Source: Octopus bimaculoides
Taxonomy: Eukaryota
Assembly: GCF_001194135.2 (NCBI RefSeq)
Contig: NC_068987.1
Span: 92,348,144-92,405,294, forward strand
DNA length: 57,151 nt
Reading direction: 5' to 3'
Both the position numbers and the translations under genes were made by a program. Positions 36,809 through 48,960 of this stretch are shown here, in pieces (within the stretch, counting starts at the first letter, position 1; every line of letters begins with the position of its first letter). Under the pieces are notes generated by a model. It searched no databases. It was not told the origin of the DNA and was given only the letters and a program-made list of their open reading frames with translations.

Positions 36809-38305
36809 AGGAGGCAAATATATTGGTATTAGTTTATTACACATTCAGCACATAAGCCTTTAAGTGTTGCCTGAATGACGAAGGTGGAATTATAACTAGT
36901 ATAAAATCAACTGCTTTCGATTCGTATAGATATACAAATTTACATAAAGTGTTTGTGTATTTGTGTGCATATATGTGTGTGTGTTTGTGAGTGTACATCT
37001 ATACATATCCACAAACATACACAAATATATAGGCGTAAAAGATAAATGCTGCGGTAGATTTGTTCAACTAATCACTAAAAGACACCACCGCAACATATTT
37101 GCAGTCCAACGACTGAAACAAACAAACAAATATAAACCATAAAACTGGTTAGACATGTATATATACACATATGTATGTACAGGTTATGGTATGGTGAGAG
37201 AGGCATCAAAAGATCTGCCGTATGAGAATAGGCGCGTTTGTGTTAACAGGTTAACCAGTGAGTAGCGGTCAATCAAAGGTTACGGGTGAAAGTTTTGGGC
37301 GAAAGGTGTAATGAAAACAGTTCTAAGTATGAGTGCCGACAAGTGGAAAAATATGTTGGTGAGTTTTAATTTGTATGTGTGAGTTTGTGTATGTGTGAGT
37401 GTTTGTGTGTGTGTGATGGAGAGGGAGAGGGAGAGAGAGAGTGTGTCGAAGATGTATAACATTACGGACGGCCAAGTGTTCGCGATGAAATTCAAGAATA
37501 AATTTTGCACCGGACACGGAAGCATTGAAGGGTAACAGGGAGAGGCCGGGTTTTGACGATCTACCACCTGAGGACCAGCAATGTAAAGATTGCATGCAAG
37601 AGAAGGTAGAAATTTGAGGGGATAGGATGAGATTTTATTTGACAGAATATGCGGTCTTGTAGGAGCCTGGTAGCGGCGTGGCAGGTGTAGCGAAAGATGT
37701 GATGGGTCGAGATACAATTGCGAGCCGTGAGAGTTAAGGGGCTAAGGTGAACGAAAAAGATCAGCATGGATAAATGCTGGTGGGTAATTGACTACTGATG
37801 TGTCGTATTTGGTTCAACAAGCCATCTTTGCAGTTACAGAGCAAGAGGAAGTGAGATTAATCGCTGCTCTGTTTGGGGTGGGTGGAAGGAGAGAAGAATA
37901 ACTTAAGGTAGGTGTGGCAGTAAGTGGGGGTGTAGAAAGTGGAGTAGGAGAGTGTGGGATAGTGAGGAGGGACAATAATGTCAAAGAAAGAATGGGAGGA
38001 ACCGGATATGGAATGGAAGAAGTGGAGGGTATTGTTAGAATCGTGGTTTTTGGAAGGAAGGGAGGCGGGGATAAATTCATATATTCCTTTATGCATACGA
38101 GTATGTATTTAAAAAAATATGGGTGTATGTGTTTGCGCGTGCGCGTTTCGATGTGTGCTGATGTATATATACATACATGCATACATATACATACATACAC
38201 ACACATACACATATATTTCTATAGTGGGAGAAAGATTGTAGGGAACAATCAGACTACGTATCAAAGAAATCGTTCGATAAGTAAACAAACAAATAAAGAA
38301 TATAT

Positions 38306-38460
38306 GAGATCAATCAGATGACACATAGCCATTCGATCAACCATTTTCTGATGCTTGGTAGAAGTGACCCGAGTCATAAGAGAGCTCCCACAATGTCAGC
38401 TTGTGCACCCGTCATTCTTTTAATCTATTATTCATGTGAATCAAACACGCCATTAATAAG
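38306..38460 (+). repeat. Unclassified diverged repeat, copy 2 of 2
   Basis: See 36356-36510. Confidence 0.8.
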
Positions 38461-39155
38461 AGTTATCTATATATCTATTTATTTCTCATTCGATATTTTC
38501 GTAAGCGTTTACCAATACACATACACACTCTCACACATATATGCACACATACACATATATGAATATATTACTGTATATATATTAGGCGGGGAGCTACACA
38601 AGTATCTGAAAACCGTAGGATTTATTGCGTCAGCACTAATGAAACTGCAATGGTGATTACATAGTATTTGTGTATACAGCTAAAATTAAAATTAGTCAGT
38701 GTGTTGCAGCGTACATGAGTAGAGTTTGCTGGTGCTATTTAACAAACGACCAGTTAGGTGCATGAAACGGACGTGATGAAATGAAAACGAAAAAAAAAAA
38801 AGGAAAACTATCATGTGATAAATAGAAATGTTTATTGGTCAATATATAATATGGGAGCCAATATATTTATTTCTTATGTGTGAGTCATTTTGTCGAAATA
38901 TTTGAAATAATCCTTTGAAAGCATACGCTAACGTGCTTGAGTTACAATAGCGGGAGCAACTGAAAAAGTATGAGTACTTACTCTCTATAACAAATCATAA
39001 AATTAATGTCGCCTTACAATAAGATAACATTGTTCTCTTGTCAAAAGTAAATCAACATGAATTTCGTAAAATTGCCAATTCATAACAGCATTGTAACACG
39101 TAAACAAGTGTATGTCTATGTATGTATGTATGTTATCAATCAGTTTCATTTCTGT

Positions 39156-39712
39156 ATTTCTTGTCCATAGAGAAAAAGCCGGACTCTAACATAGATTCAA
39201 GGCTCCTTCATTGGAACTTTTATCAACATCAAATAGGTATTTGTGCATATGTGTGTGTGTGCAGTATTTGGTGTTAGTGTATGCGCAGATTTGCATGTTT
39301 GTTTTATGGATGCGTTTTTATGTCTAGATGCATGCATATGTATTTATGTGCTAAATTTTTGGAAAGTTTTACATATCTTTACAGTTCCATTGATGGCTTG
39401 AATCTGTAGTCTTCTAACCAGCCTTTTTCTTTCAGGTAGGTATGTATGTATTTATGTATGTATGTATGTATGTATGCATGCATGCATGTATGTATATATG
39501 TACGTATGTATGTCTGAATACATGTGTGTGTATGCATGCATGCATTTACGCAAGTATGTATGTATGTATGTATGTATGTATGTATGAATAAATGTGTGTA
39601 TATATGTATGTATGTCATTGTTCAATTTTATTTCAAGATTTCTTGTCGATAGAGAAAGAGCCGGATTCTAACCTAGATTCAAGGCTCCTTCATTGGAATT
39701 ACAACATCAACA
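39156..39712. repeat. Three copies (+,-,+) of a ~50-75-bp unit embedded in (TATG)n
   Basis: 39156-39232 and 39638-39712 share atttcttgtc.atagagaaa.agccgga.tctaac.tagattcaaggctccttcattggaa. 39383-39430 is a diverged inverted copy. Confidence 0.8.
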
Positions 39713-39944
39713 ACCGGATATTCTTATTTGTATGTATGTATGTAAGCATGCTTGTATATGTGTATGTATAAATGAATGTGTATGTATGTATGTATGTACG
39801 TATGTACGTATCTATGTGTGCATGTACGTACATATGAATGAATGTGTGTGTACGTATTTATGCGTGTATGTATGGAAGTGTATGTATATGTTTGTATGTA
39901 AGTATGTGTGTGTGTATATATGTATGTATGACTACTTGCATGTA

Positions 39945-39982
<38 letters not shown>

Positions 39983-40026
39983 CCTGTGTCTGTCTATTTT
40001 TGTATGTTTTCATTTATGTATATATC

Positions 40027-40063
<37 letters not shown>

Positions 40064-40100
40064 TTGAATATTCACAAACACGCACACAGACATGGAAACT

Positions 40101-40132
<32 letters not shown>

Positions 40133-40910
40133 CACATAAACTAGTCTTGGTCATGCTTTTAAACTTCACCTGGATCCGAGAGCGATGTCTTGGATGGGGA
40201 GCTACAGGTTTTGTGAAGTGGGGAACCATCTCTTGGCCATTATTGTTCCTATATCTACTCTAACTCAGGATAGTGTCCCCTGTCAGGCACCAAGGTATAG
40301 AGTAAGTAGCACGTCAGAGAATTGCCTTCTGATGAACTTCATTCAGAGACACTCTTTGGACCCTAATTAAAAGACTTCCAATACTTTAGATGCTGATCTC
40401 AGAGAAGGAAATTTTATACGAATCCTGCATCCTGATAAGTATTGTTCTCGTGCAACAAATTGCACAGACTTGAAGGACAAGAGAGTGGAAATGGCCCTAC
40501 TCAAACAAATGGGACAGGCTCTGTTTCTACCATGGTACAATCTAGTAACATTCAACTTGTAGTTTATACAGAAATGCTTGACACCCGCAAGAAACAGCAT
40601 CACTATTTCTTTATAATTACAGTGTTGATACGGAAAATGGCAACTGACACAGACCTGAGGAAGCTACTGGAATTGTTTGTATCTTCCTGACACTGCGGTG
40701 TTTTGCTGAAGGGACCATGCTATACATATTCATACATACATACATACATACATGTGTGTGTGTGCGCGTGTGTGTAAGTAACAGACAGAAAGAATGGGTT
40801 ATGTAAATTTACTTATATGTAGCCTACAGAAAAAAAATGTACAATAAAGGTTATTTCTATATATTTTATATATATCACTCTATAAAAACATAAGAGGACA
40901 TACAGATGGA

Positions 40911-40949
40911 TTTCGACTTCGGCTTTCGATCACGGCTTTCGATTTCGGC
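40911..40949. repeat. 13-bp tandem repeat x3
   Basis: tttcgacttcggc / tttcgatcacggc / tttcgatttcggc. Confidence 0.85.
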
Positions 40950-41211
40950 ATCCACTTCCGAATTCAGATTATCTGGAGTGCAATACCAATCACATGACTT
41001 TTTATTAGCTTAATGTATTTTTATCTGCAGTGAGCTTAAGAAGTATTTCACCTGGATTAATATCTCTTATCACCTCCGACTTTTGTGTGTGTGTGTGTGT
41101 GAGTGTGTGTGTGTGTGCATATATATATATGCATACAAAAACACTACAAAATCATGCATGCATGCATACTACACACACACGCTAACACATATACACGTGT
41201 ATATATATATA

Positions 41212-41255
<44 letters not shown>

Positions 41256-41314
41256 TGTGTGTGTGCGCATGTGGTTATGTGTGTATATCTGTATATATGT
41301 GCGTGCGTGTGTAT

Positions 41315-41652
41315 ACTAAAATCCATCCAAGACTTGGCCCCCGTGCTATCCGCCCACTACAAAAATCGAACTCAGTGCACATAGCAACGTTACATCACAA
41401 TTACTTTACCTCAACCGGTCCAGCTCTCTTTAATACCATACCAAAATACGTCAAAACGGAAACGGATCTCATGAAATTCAAATTTCTTCATAAAATCTCG
41501 GACCAACCTCCTACATCCGGATAGGTCTCCAAAAATAACTCTTTGCTAGAGAGAGCCTTGGTACCCCATATATGACTAAAAGTCTTCGCCAGGTGGCGCT
41601 ATTAAATTAGACGTGGCCTGGGCCTTTACTGGCCGAAACCTATCAAAGTTAT
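41315..41652 (+). mobile_element. 3' end of an APE-type LINE (CR1/L2-like ORF2 C-terminus plus 3' UTR)
   Basis: HPRLG...NYFTSTGPALFNTIPKYV...KFK..L.KISDQPPTSG*..NNSLLE matches a remembered GP.LFN.LP / PDQP / NSL C-terminal pattern. Clade uncertain. Confidence 0.72.
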
Positions 41653-42166
41653 CTAACACCATCAAAACTTAGTGAAGGCTCGTGAATAGAATTCGAACCA
41701 CGTTATAGAAATAATAAATAGAAAATGCAGCTGGTATGTAAGAACTTATAACACATACACGTGTTTCATCAACTTCGATATCATTATTACTCTAGGCATG
41801 AGAAAGTAGTGAATAAAAAAAAGATATTACTATAAAACCATCTCATATAACGACCTGTTCTCTCGTTTCTCTTTCCTAAATGCCACAAACTCTCATTTAG
41901 TTTCTATTATTGCGAATATAATTGCCAATTACTGTTTGTATTTTTACCTTTGCGTCCACCCTCTGGTTTCTTTTCCCTATTTCTTCCATATTCTGTATAT
42001 ATGTGCATAGCTTCGTATGTGTATGAAATTGGATGTACAGAGGCTGAACGGCCTTTAAAGTCCTTCGCTAATCGACCCTCTATCTATCCTCTTTTAATAC
42101 TATCCAACTACTGCACATATTGTCAACCTCTATTGTAACATGAAGTGGACTATAGTATTACATAGT

Positions 42167-42206
42167 TGTAATATATATTACATAAATGTAATATATATTA
42201 CATAAA
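42167..42206. repeat. 20-bp tandem duplication of a palindrome-containing unit
   Basis: tgtaatatatattacataaa x2; tgtaatatatattaca is a perfect palindrome. Confidence 0.9.
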
Positions 42207-43233
42207 TATAGTATATTGGGGCTAGCATCTCATTAAGCATTCTATTTATCGCTTCCGGCACTGAGGAAGTATATTGTATCGTCTGCCAGTATTTACCTTG
42301 AGAAAGTTTCATGCTTAGATTTATAGAGTTAAAAGGCCTAGCAATTTGTGTATAAACTGAAGATGAAAAGTGTCCAGTAGGGCAGTTGATAGGTCATGGA
42401 TTTCTGTGTAATTTCGCAAAATGGGTAGCAAATATCCGATATCATGTGCATTTTAAAAATTTAGCCTCTACTGATATAGAAAATCTGTGATCAAGGACTG
42501 GCGGGCTGGGGGGAAAGATTTGTTTATCGCAATTGAAACAAAATTGGTTTAGAATAGCGCTCTGTATATCCACGTTCAGTAGGATATACAGAATGCTATT
42601 ACATACACAGACACACGCACAAATACACATATACACAGGCACACGCATATATAAATACGTGCACACTGACAATATTGAGAATGTGCATCTCTACAGCTTT
42701 CCATCATCACTCCATCTATAAGCATGTACATACATACCTGCATGCATATATATATGTGTGTATGTGTGTATATGTACGTGTGTGCGTGCGCGTGTGGGTG
42801 CATCCGTGTGTGTGTGTTTGTATGTGTGTGTGTGTACGAGTGTGTGCGCGTACGAGCACGCGAGTGTGTGTGTAAGTGTATTCACAATCACATATGGATT
42901 TGGAATGATGTGATCTATATCCATCATGCAAGACAAATAAATTCGAATACGATGCAGTTTGGTAATATTTTTCCTCAATTCCCTTTGTTGCAGTTGTCTT
43001 CACGTCTTCAAATAGCTTTAACAATGAGTCCTCCGAGTTACGCGTAGCCATTGAAAGAAGAGCAAATTTGCGATAAAGGCTATTAAATAAACGAATTAAA
43101 CATATATGAACTACGACCCGTGAGTTTGTTCTGTATGGCAGAATGGCAGATAATATCTCACAGATATATCGCAGGGTCACCACGAAACAGTTTGCTAAAC
43201 AAAGAGTAAAATGATACAAAAAAGTGTAAACAA

Positions 43234-43272
<39 letters not shown>

Positions 43273-44614
43273 TTTATGTATGTATGTATGTATGTATGTA
43301 TACATATATACACACACACACACACACTTGTGCGTGCGTGTGTGTTTGTATGCGTTTTTTGCGTATGTAAGTATACAAACACATACGCGCACAGACCTGC
43401 ACACTAAGATATATCAAAATATGCAGTCACAGAACCACACACATATACCGCTACTGACAGAAATAGATAAATATGTGTGATGTTGTACGGATGTTCTTTT
43501 TGTGTGTGTGTTCGTGTGCTCCACTGTGTTTGTACACGTGTGTGCATGCGTGTTTGTGTGTGTATATGAGGTAATTAAGATGGATGGATAACCAGCTTCG
43601 GAATTGTTATCCACATACATCTATTTATGAATCTCTGTATACATACATACATACATACATCTTTCTATCTATCTTTCTGTACACACACAGGCACAGACAC
43701 AGACACTCAGACACACAGACACACACAGAAACACAAACATGTGTACGCACTCGCACTTCCATTCATATGAGCAAAAGCACGTACAAATCCATATATATAT
43801 ATANNNNNNNNNNNNNNNNNNNNNNNNNNNNNNNNNNNNNNNNNNNNNNNNNNNNNNNNNNNNNNNNNNNNNNNNNNNNNNNNNNNNNNNNNNNNNNNNN
43901 NNNNNNNNNNNNNNNNNNNNNNNNNNNNNNNNNNNNNNNNNNNNNNNNNNNNNNNNNNNNNNNNNNNNNNNNNNNNNNNNNNNNNNNNNNNNNNNNNNNN
44001 NNNNNNNNNNNNNNNNNNNNNNNNNNNNNNNNNNNNNTATATATATATATATATATATATTCATACACAAGCATATACATCTGTTAGTGTATATATATAT
44101 ATACATACATATATATACAGACACACACACTTACATATATGTATATATGTTTGTGTGTGAATGTGTACCTGTTTCTCTGTGCACCTACCTACTTACATGT
44201 ATCCAGCTATACACGCAAATACGTAGGTGTTTTGGTACTATGAAATGTTATATTTAAAATATATATTCTATAGACGTAACATCAAGTTCCCCTGTTATAA
44301 TGAAAGGTAATATATCTTTCGGAAATGTGTTTTACTTTAAAGAATTTTTTTGCTTTTGGTTTTAGTTTGCAGTTTTCGCATTGCTTATATGTTTTGTTTA
44401 ATGTTGACTGCTTCGTGCAAGATTTTTCTGAACACGGAAGAATTTGCAAAATAGAAGCAATTTATCTTAGGTTATTTTAAAATAGGGCTGAACTTTCTTG
44501 ACAACATCAGTCCAATTAGATGTAGGTAGAAAATAGAACGTCTCCGAAAATAGGAAATATAGTGAAAATAATAACATGAAAGTGGCGATGCTGGTTTTGA
44601 TGATGATGATAATA

Positions 44615-44653
<39 letters not shown>

Positions 44654-44912
44654 GTGCTATAATATATTAATACTACTACTTGTACTTAAAATAATATAAG
44701 GTGGAGAAAAAGAAGATGAGGAAGAAAAAAGATGGAAAAGAAGATGAAAATGGTGAAGAAATTGTAAATATGTATAAATATATAAATATTTTCGTAAATT
44801 TCATATATAAAAATGCAAATATAAGTTTCTATTTTGTTTTTGGCAATAATTGCTGAGAGATATTAAGTGAGGCCCGCCAAATATGCTGATGTATAACTTA
44901 TTTTTTGTTCAG

Positions 44913-44978
44913 AGAAAACGACCGGGAAAAGTGCAAGCATTGGTACCATAATAAGGATGAAGCACCACTGAGAAAAAG
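44913..44978 (+). CDS. Candidate 66-nt exon (ENDREKCKHWYHNKDEAPLRK), product unknown
   Basis: taacttattttttgttcag acceptor, AAG|GTTTAC donor (weak at +3), single open frame, phase 2-2. Confidence 0.25.
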
Positions 44979-45218
44979 GTTTACATCTCGCTTCCTCACT
45001 CTGTGTGTGTGAATGCATGTGTTTGTTTTGCGTTTGTTTTGTGTGCACGTGTGTGTGATCGTGTGTGCGCGCATGTGTAAGTATATTCATATTGCCCGAT
45101 GGAAATTGAGGAAAGTAAAATGTGAAAGGAAAAAAAAACAGAAAATTATGCCGTTAATGGTACGTATTGGAGTAACATCAAAAACAACGGAAATATATTC
45201 CATCTTAATCACCATTAT

Positions 45219-45250
<32 letters not shown>

Positions 45251-45327
45251 CGACAACACAAGCAGACGCACGGCAATTATTACCACCACCACAACCATCA
45301 CCACCACTACTACTACTGCTGCTGCCG

Positions 45328-45373
<46 letters not shown>
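45219..45373. repeat. (ACA)n/(ACC)/(ACT)n microsatellite running into a gap
   Basis: Visible. Confidence 0.93.
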
Positions 45374-45988
45374 NNNNNNNNNNNNNNNNNNNNNNNNNNN
45401 NNNNNNNNNNNNNNNNNNNNNNNNNNNNNNNNNNNNNNNNNNNNNNNNNNNNNNNNNNNNNNNNNNNNNNNNNNNNNNNNNNNNNNNNNNNNNNNNNNNN
45501 NNNNNNNNNNNNNNNNNNNNNNNNNNNNNNNNNNNNNNNNNNNNNNNNNNNNNNNNNNNNNNNNNNNNNNNNNNNNNNNNNNNNNNNNNNNNNNNNNNNN
45601 NNNNNNNNNNNNNNNNNNNNNNNNNNNNNNNNNNNNNNNNNNNNNNNNNNNNNNNNNNNNNNNNNNNNNNNNNNNNNNNNNNNNNNNNNNNNNNNNNNNN
45701 NNNNNNNNNNNNNNNNNNNNNNNNNNNNNNNNNNNNNNNNNNNNNNNNNNNNNNNNNNNNNNNNNNNNNNNNNNNNNNNNNNNNNNNNNNNNNNNNNNNN
45801 NNNNNNNNNNNNNNNNNNNNNNNNNNNNNNNNNNNNNNNNNNNNNNNNNNNNNNNNNNNNNNNNNNNNNNNNNNNNNNNNNNNNNNNNNNNNNNNNNNNN
45901 NNNNNNNNNNNNNNNNNNNNNNNNNNNNNNNNNNNNNNNNNNNNNNNNNNNNNNNNNNNNNNNNNNNNNNNNNNNNNNNNNNNNNNNN

Positions 45989-46031
<43 letters not shown>

Positions 46032-46334
46032 CTATGCGCACATATATAATTGCATGCTTCTCGAAAATAACGTCATCTTATGACTCTCCATCACATTATA
46101 GAATTGTTAACACTAAATGTCTGAATTGCTCTTGTATAATAAAATAAACTGCTCTTGTAGAAAACTGGCCATCGCATTAATATTTCATAGTTCTTGAGAC
46201 AGATGGAGATTCATTTGGCCAATATGCTGCTGTCTTATCCAGTTGACTGAACGGCAAATTCCAATCAATACAAACCTATCCAACACTGCTGTCATCAAAT
46301 GTCCAGCCACTGTCCTCGTTATCTGCTGCTTATG

Positions 46335-46335
<1 letters not shown>

Positions 46336-46400
<65 letters not shown>

Positions 46401-46495
46401 TTGCTGCGAATGCTGCTGTTGTTCCTCCTGCAGCTATTACTATAACTACTACTATTATTGGTATTAACAGCAATAACGCCAATAGGAACCACTGC

Positions 46496-46548
<53 letters not shown>

Positions 46549-46558
46549 TAATAATGAT

Positions 46559-46597
<39 letters not shown>

Positions 46598-46664
46598 GCC
46601 CTCTACTGAACTGTTATTACCCTTTTTAATGATGCGACCTTCTATTTTTAATGATTGCAACTGA

Positions 46665-46704
<40 letters not shown>

Positions 46705-46711
46705 GCTACTA

Positions 46712-46749
<38 letters not shown>

Positions 46750-46760
46750 ACTACTACTAC
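46336..46760. repeat. Cluster of (ACT)n, (AAT)n, (CAT)n and (GCT)n microsatellites
   Basis: Visible. Confidence 0.93.
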
Positions 46761-46992
46761 CGCTACAGCTACAGCCTCCATCCACGCACGTTTTCATTAT
46801 ACTGCCAATTTTGAGATCAGCTTAAACTGGACGTGTGAGAATTCGCTAAAATGTTAATCACACATTGTAGAAGGCAGACGGAGGTAATATGATTGGTGTT
46901 TACTTTAATTTGGACGCGCTAGAAATAATTAATGACTGATCTCATTATGTCCATTAAGTCCAAAGCTTCAAACTCCCATATTGACTACTTAC

Positions 46993-47054
46993 GCTAACTT
47001 GTACACGACATTTTTGTAACCCCCATCCGCAATGTCAAACATGAAGGGAAACAA
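46993..47054 (-). CDS. Candidate 62-nt exon (LFPFMFDIADGGYKNVVYKL(A))
   Basis: GC|GTAAGT donor, moderate ctccag acceptor, one open frame. Confidence 0.25.
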
Positions 47055-47442
47055 CTGGAGCCGTTTCACAGTGACAAGAAAATGAAAACTCAAAATATGT
47101 GTGAATATGTCGCTTATTAGATCACCGCATTGTCCTAAATTACTCGGCATTTGAGAAAAAGAGCATAAAAAAAGAAAATAGAGTGTGGAATATTTCACAT
47201 TTAAAATTCCATGTGTTGTGTTATCAAAAGTTAATATTTTTAAGTAACTCTCTACTAACCCCTGAACAAGACACTAGTTTCAAGTCTAGTTCTTGTTCTT
47301 GTTGTTCAACTCCAATCTGTCTTCATCGGTTGTAATTTATAGTAATGAGTCGAGCTAAAAACTACGAGCCAGAATAAGCTGATGTTATTATAGGTTTACG
47401 AATGTAAAGTTATTCTTAAGATACTATTATCGTTATCATGCC

Positions 47443-47527
47443 GCAGGAGTGGCTGTGTGGTAAGTAGGTTACTTTCGAACCACATGGTCCTGGGTTCAGT
47501 CGCACTGCGTGGCACATTGGGCAAGTG
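47443..47527 (+). mobile_element. tRNA-like head of a SINE, 3'-truncated (probably family C)
   Basis: gcaggagTGGCTGTGTGGtaag (A-box-like) ... GGGTTCAGTCGC (B-box-like) ... gggcaagtg. Confidence 0.75.
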
Positions 47528-47657
47528 GTTAGATCAAAATATCCATGAACGACAATATGATTGGTGAATTATGAGCTAGTAGTGAATCAGATTAATCTGG
47601 AATCTCATTCATTTAGCTCAGTTCTAAAGACTGAGGCATTATAATACGAATTCGTCT

Positions 47658-47762
47658 TTTACAAAATGTTAGAAGATCGGATTTGAACGTATGCACTTCT
47701 CTGCAACTTTACAAAATGTTAGAAGATCGGATTTGAACGTATGCACTTCTCTGTAACTTTAC
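47658..47762. repeat. 50-bp tandem duplication, 1 mismatch
   Basis: Units 47658-47707 and 47708-47757 with tttac microhomology at the junctions. Confidence 0.95.
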
Positions 47763-48929
47763 TATGAAACAAACACTCTTCTTGACATAACATCTAAAAA
47801 AAAAAACCTGCTTAAATATTTCAAAACTAGTTCCTCCAATTTCCAATTCAAATATCGTTCTGACCAAGCAAGAGAACATTGATTTTCCATCACATTAAAC
47901 TATAAGATCAACATCAGCAATAGAAGGAATGAAATATTTCGTTCTTTCGGTTTTGTTGGAAATGTTTCTAACTGACGAGAGAATAAAATTGTTGAATGTA
48001 TGAGCGATAGAAGACGTATTACGACGTGAACCACACATCACTTCCTTTTCTCTCGATACGCTTTTATAAATTTAACTGTGTAGTGGGTGAGAATATGTAA
48101 TGTTCATTGTCACCCTGAATTCAAAATTTATAACCGTATCAGAGACCGCAACAGTTTTTTCCGTCAACTATTACAGGCTGTTGGAAAACTTTCAAATCAT
48201 CTCAACAAAGAAATGAAATACTTCATCTCAGAGCATATTTGTTACCAGAAAGTAGCTTTCAAATCTATTTGCAGAAGCTAGATGTGCATAGTTCGTAATG
48301 AAATAAAATGTTTTTCAAATAAGTGATTTAGGTTTGGGTATAGATTCCGCAAAATATAATAGAACAAAATAGAATAATACTGATACTATTTCACATTAAA
48401 CGAATAAACATTCTGTTCGAATTAATAGTTCTTATTTCTCAGTGAAATCCTTAAAATATTGGCAAATCTTGTCTTTATAAAGACTTAAAAGTGTGTCTAG
48501 ATACAACTGAACATTTTTCAGTATTTTCATTGTTTATATGGCTGGACTAAATTTATTTTGGGAATTAGTCAATTTTATGATTTCTGCTCTTTTCAGCTTC
48601 CTTCTAAACATTAATTTGGGCTAATATTAGGGTAATTCTCAATATCTGGCGCAAATCAGTCAATGTTGTTGACTGTATTTTAGTTAGAGCTATAGCTTTG
48701 ATAAGGTCTGTCCAGAGTTGCTTCTATTAGGTATTTCCCATTGATAACAACTAAGGAGCCAGAAACATGGATGTCTAATGATCTTGACAGACGGCGCCAC
48801 TGGACAGATATGATGTTTTTTACACCTTTTTAACGTAAGAGAAAATTTTGCCCACCGTAACTGCAGTGAATTTTACCTTTTAACAGTTGGAATACGTCAC
48901 AAACGTATTTTAACTAACCTAAAATTTGC

Positions 48930-48960
<31 letters not shown>

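Noticed and set aside
37455-37530. TDGQVFAMKFKNK, like kinase subdomain II
   Set aside because: No Gly-rich loop upstream, in-frame stop soon after, and no pyrimidine tract.
37546-37578. PGFDDLPPEDQ, like the nuclear-receptor LBD or PARP zinc-finger signature
   Set aside because: Flanking conserved residues are absent, the frame is only 42 aa, and there is no acceptor.
40390-40560. ILHPDK, like a DnaJ HPD motif
   Set aside because: Surrounding J-domain helices do not match.
42900-43060. EDSLLKLFEDVKTTATKGIEEK, faintly like a hAT transposase
   Set aside because: No other hAT motifs, TIRs or 8-bp TSD.
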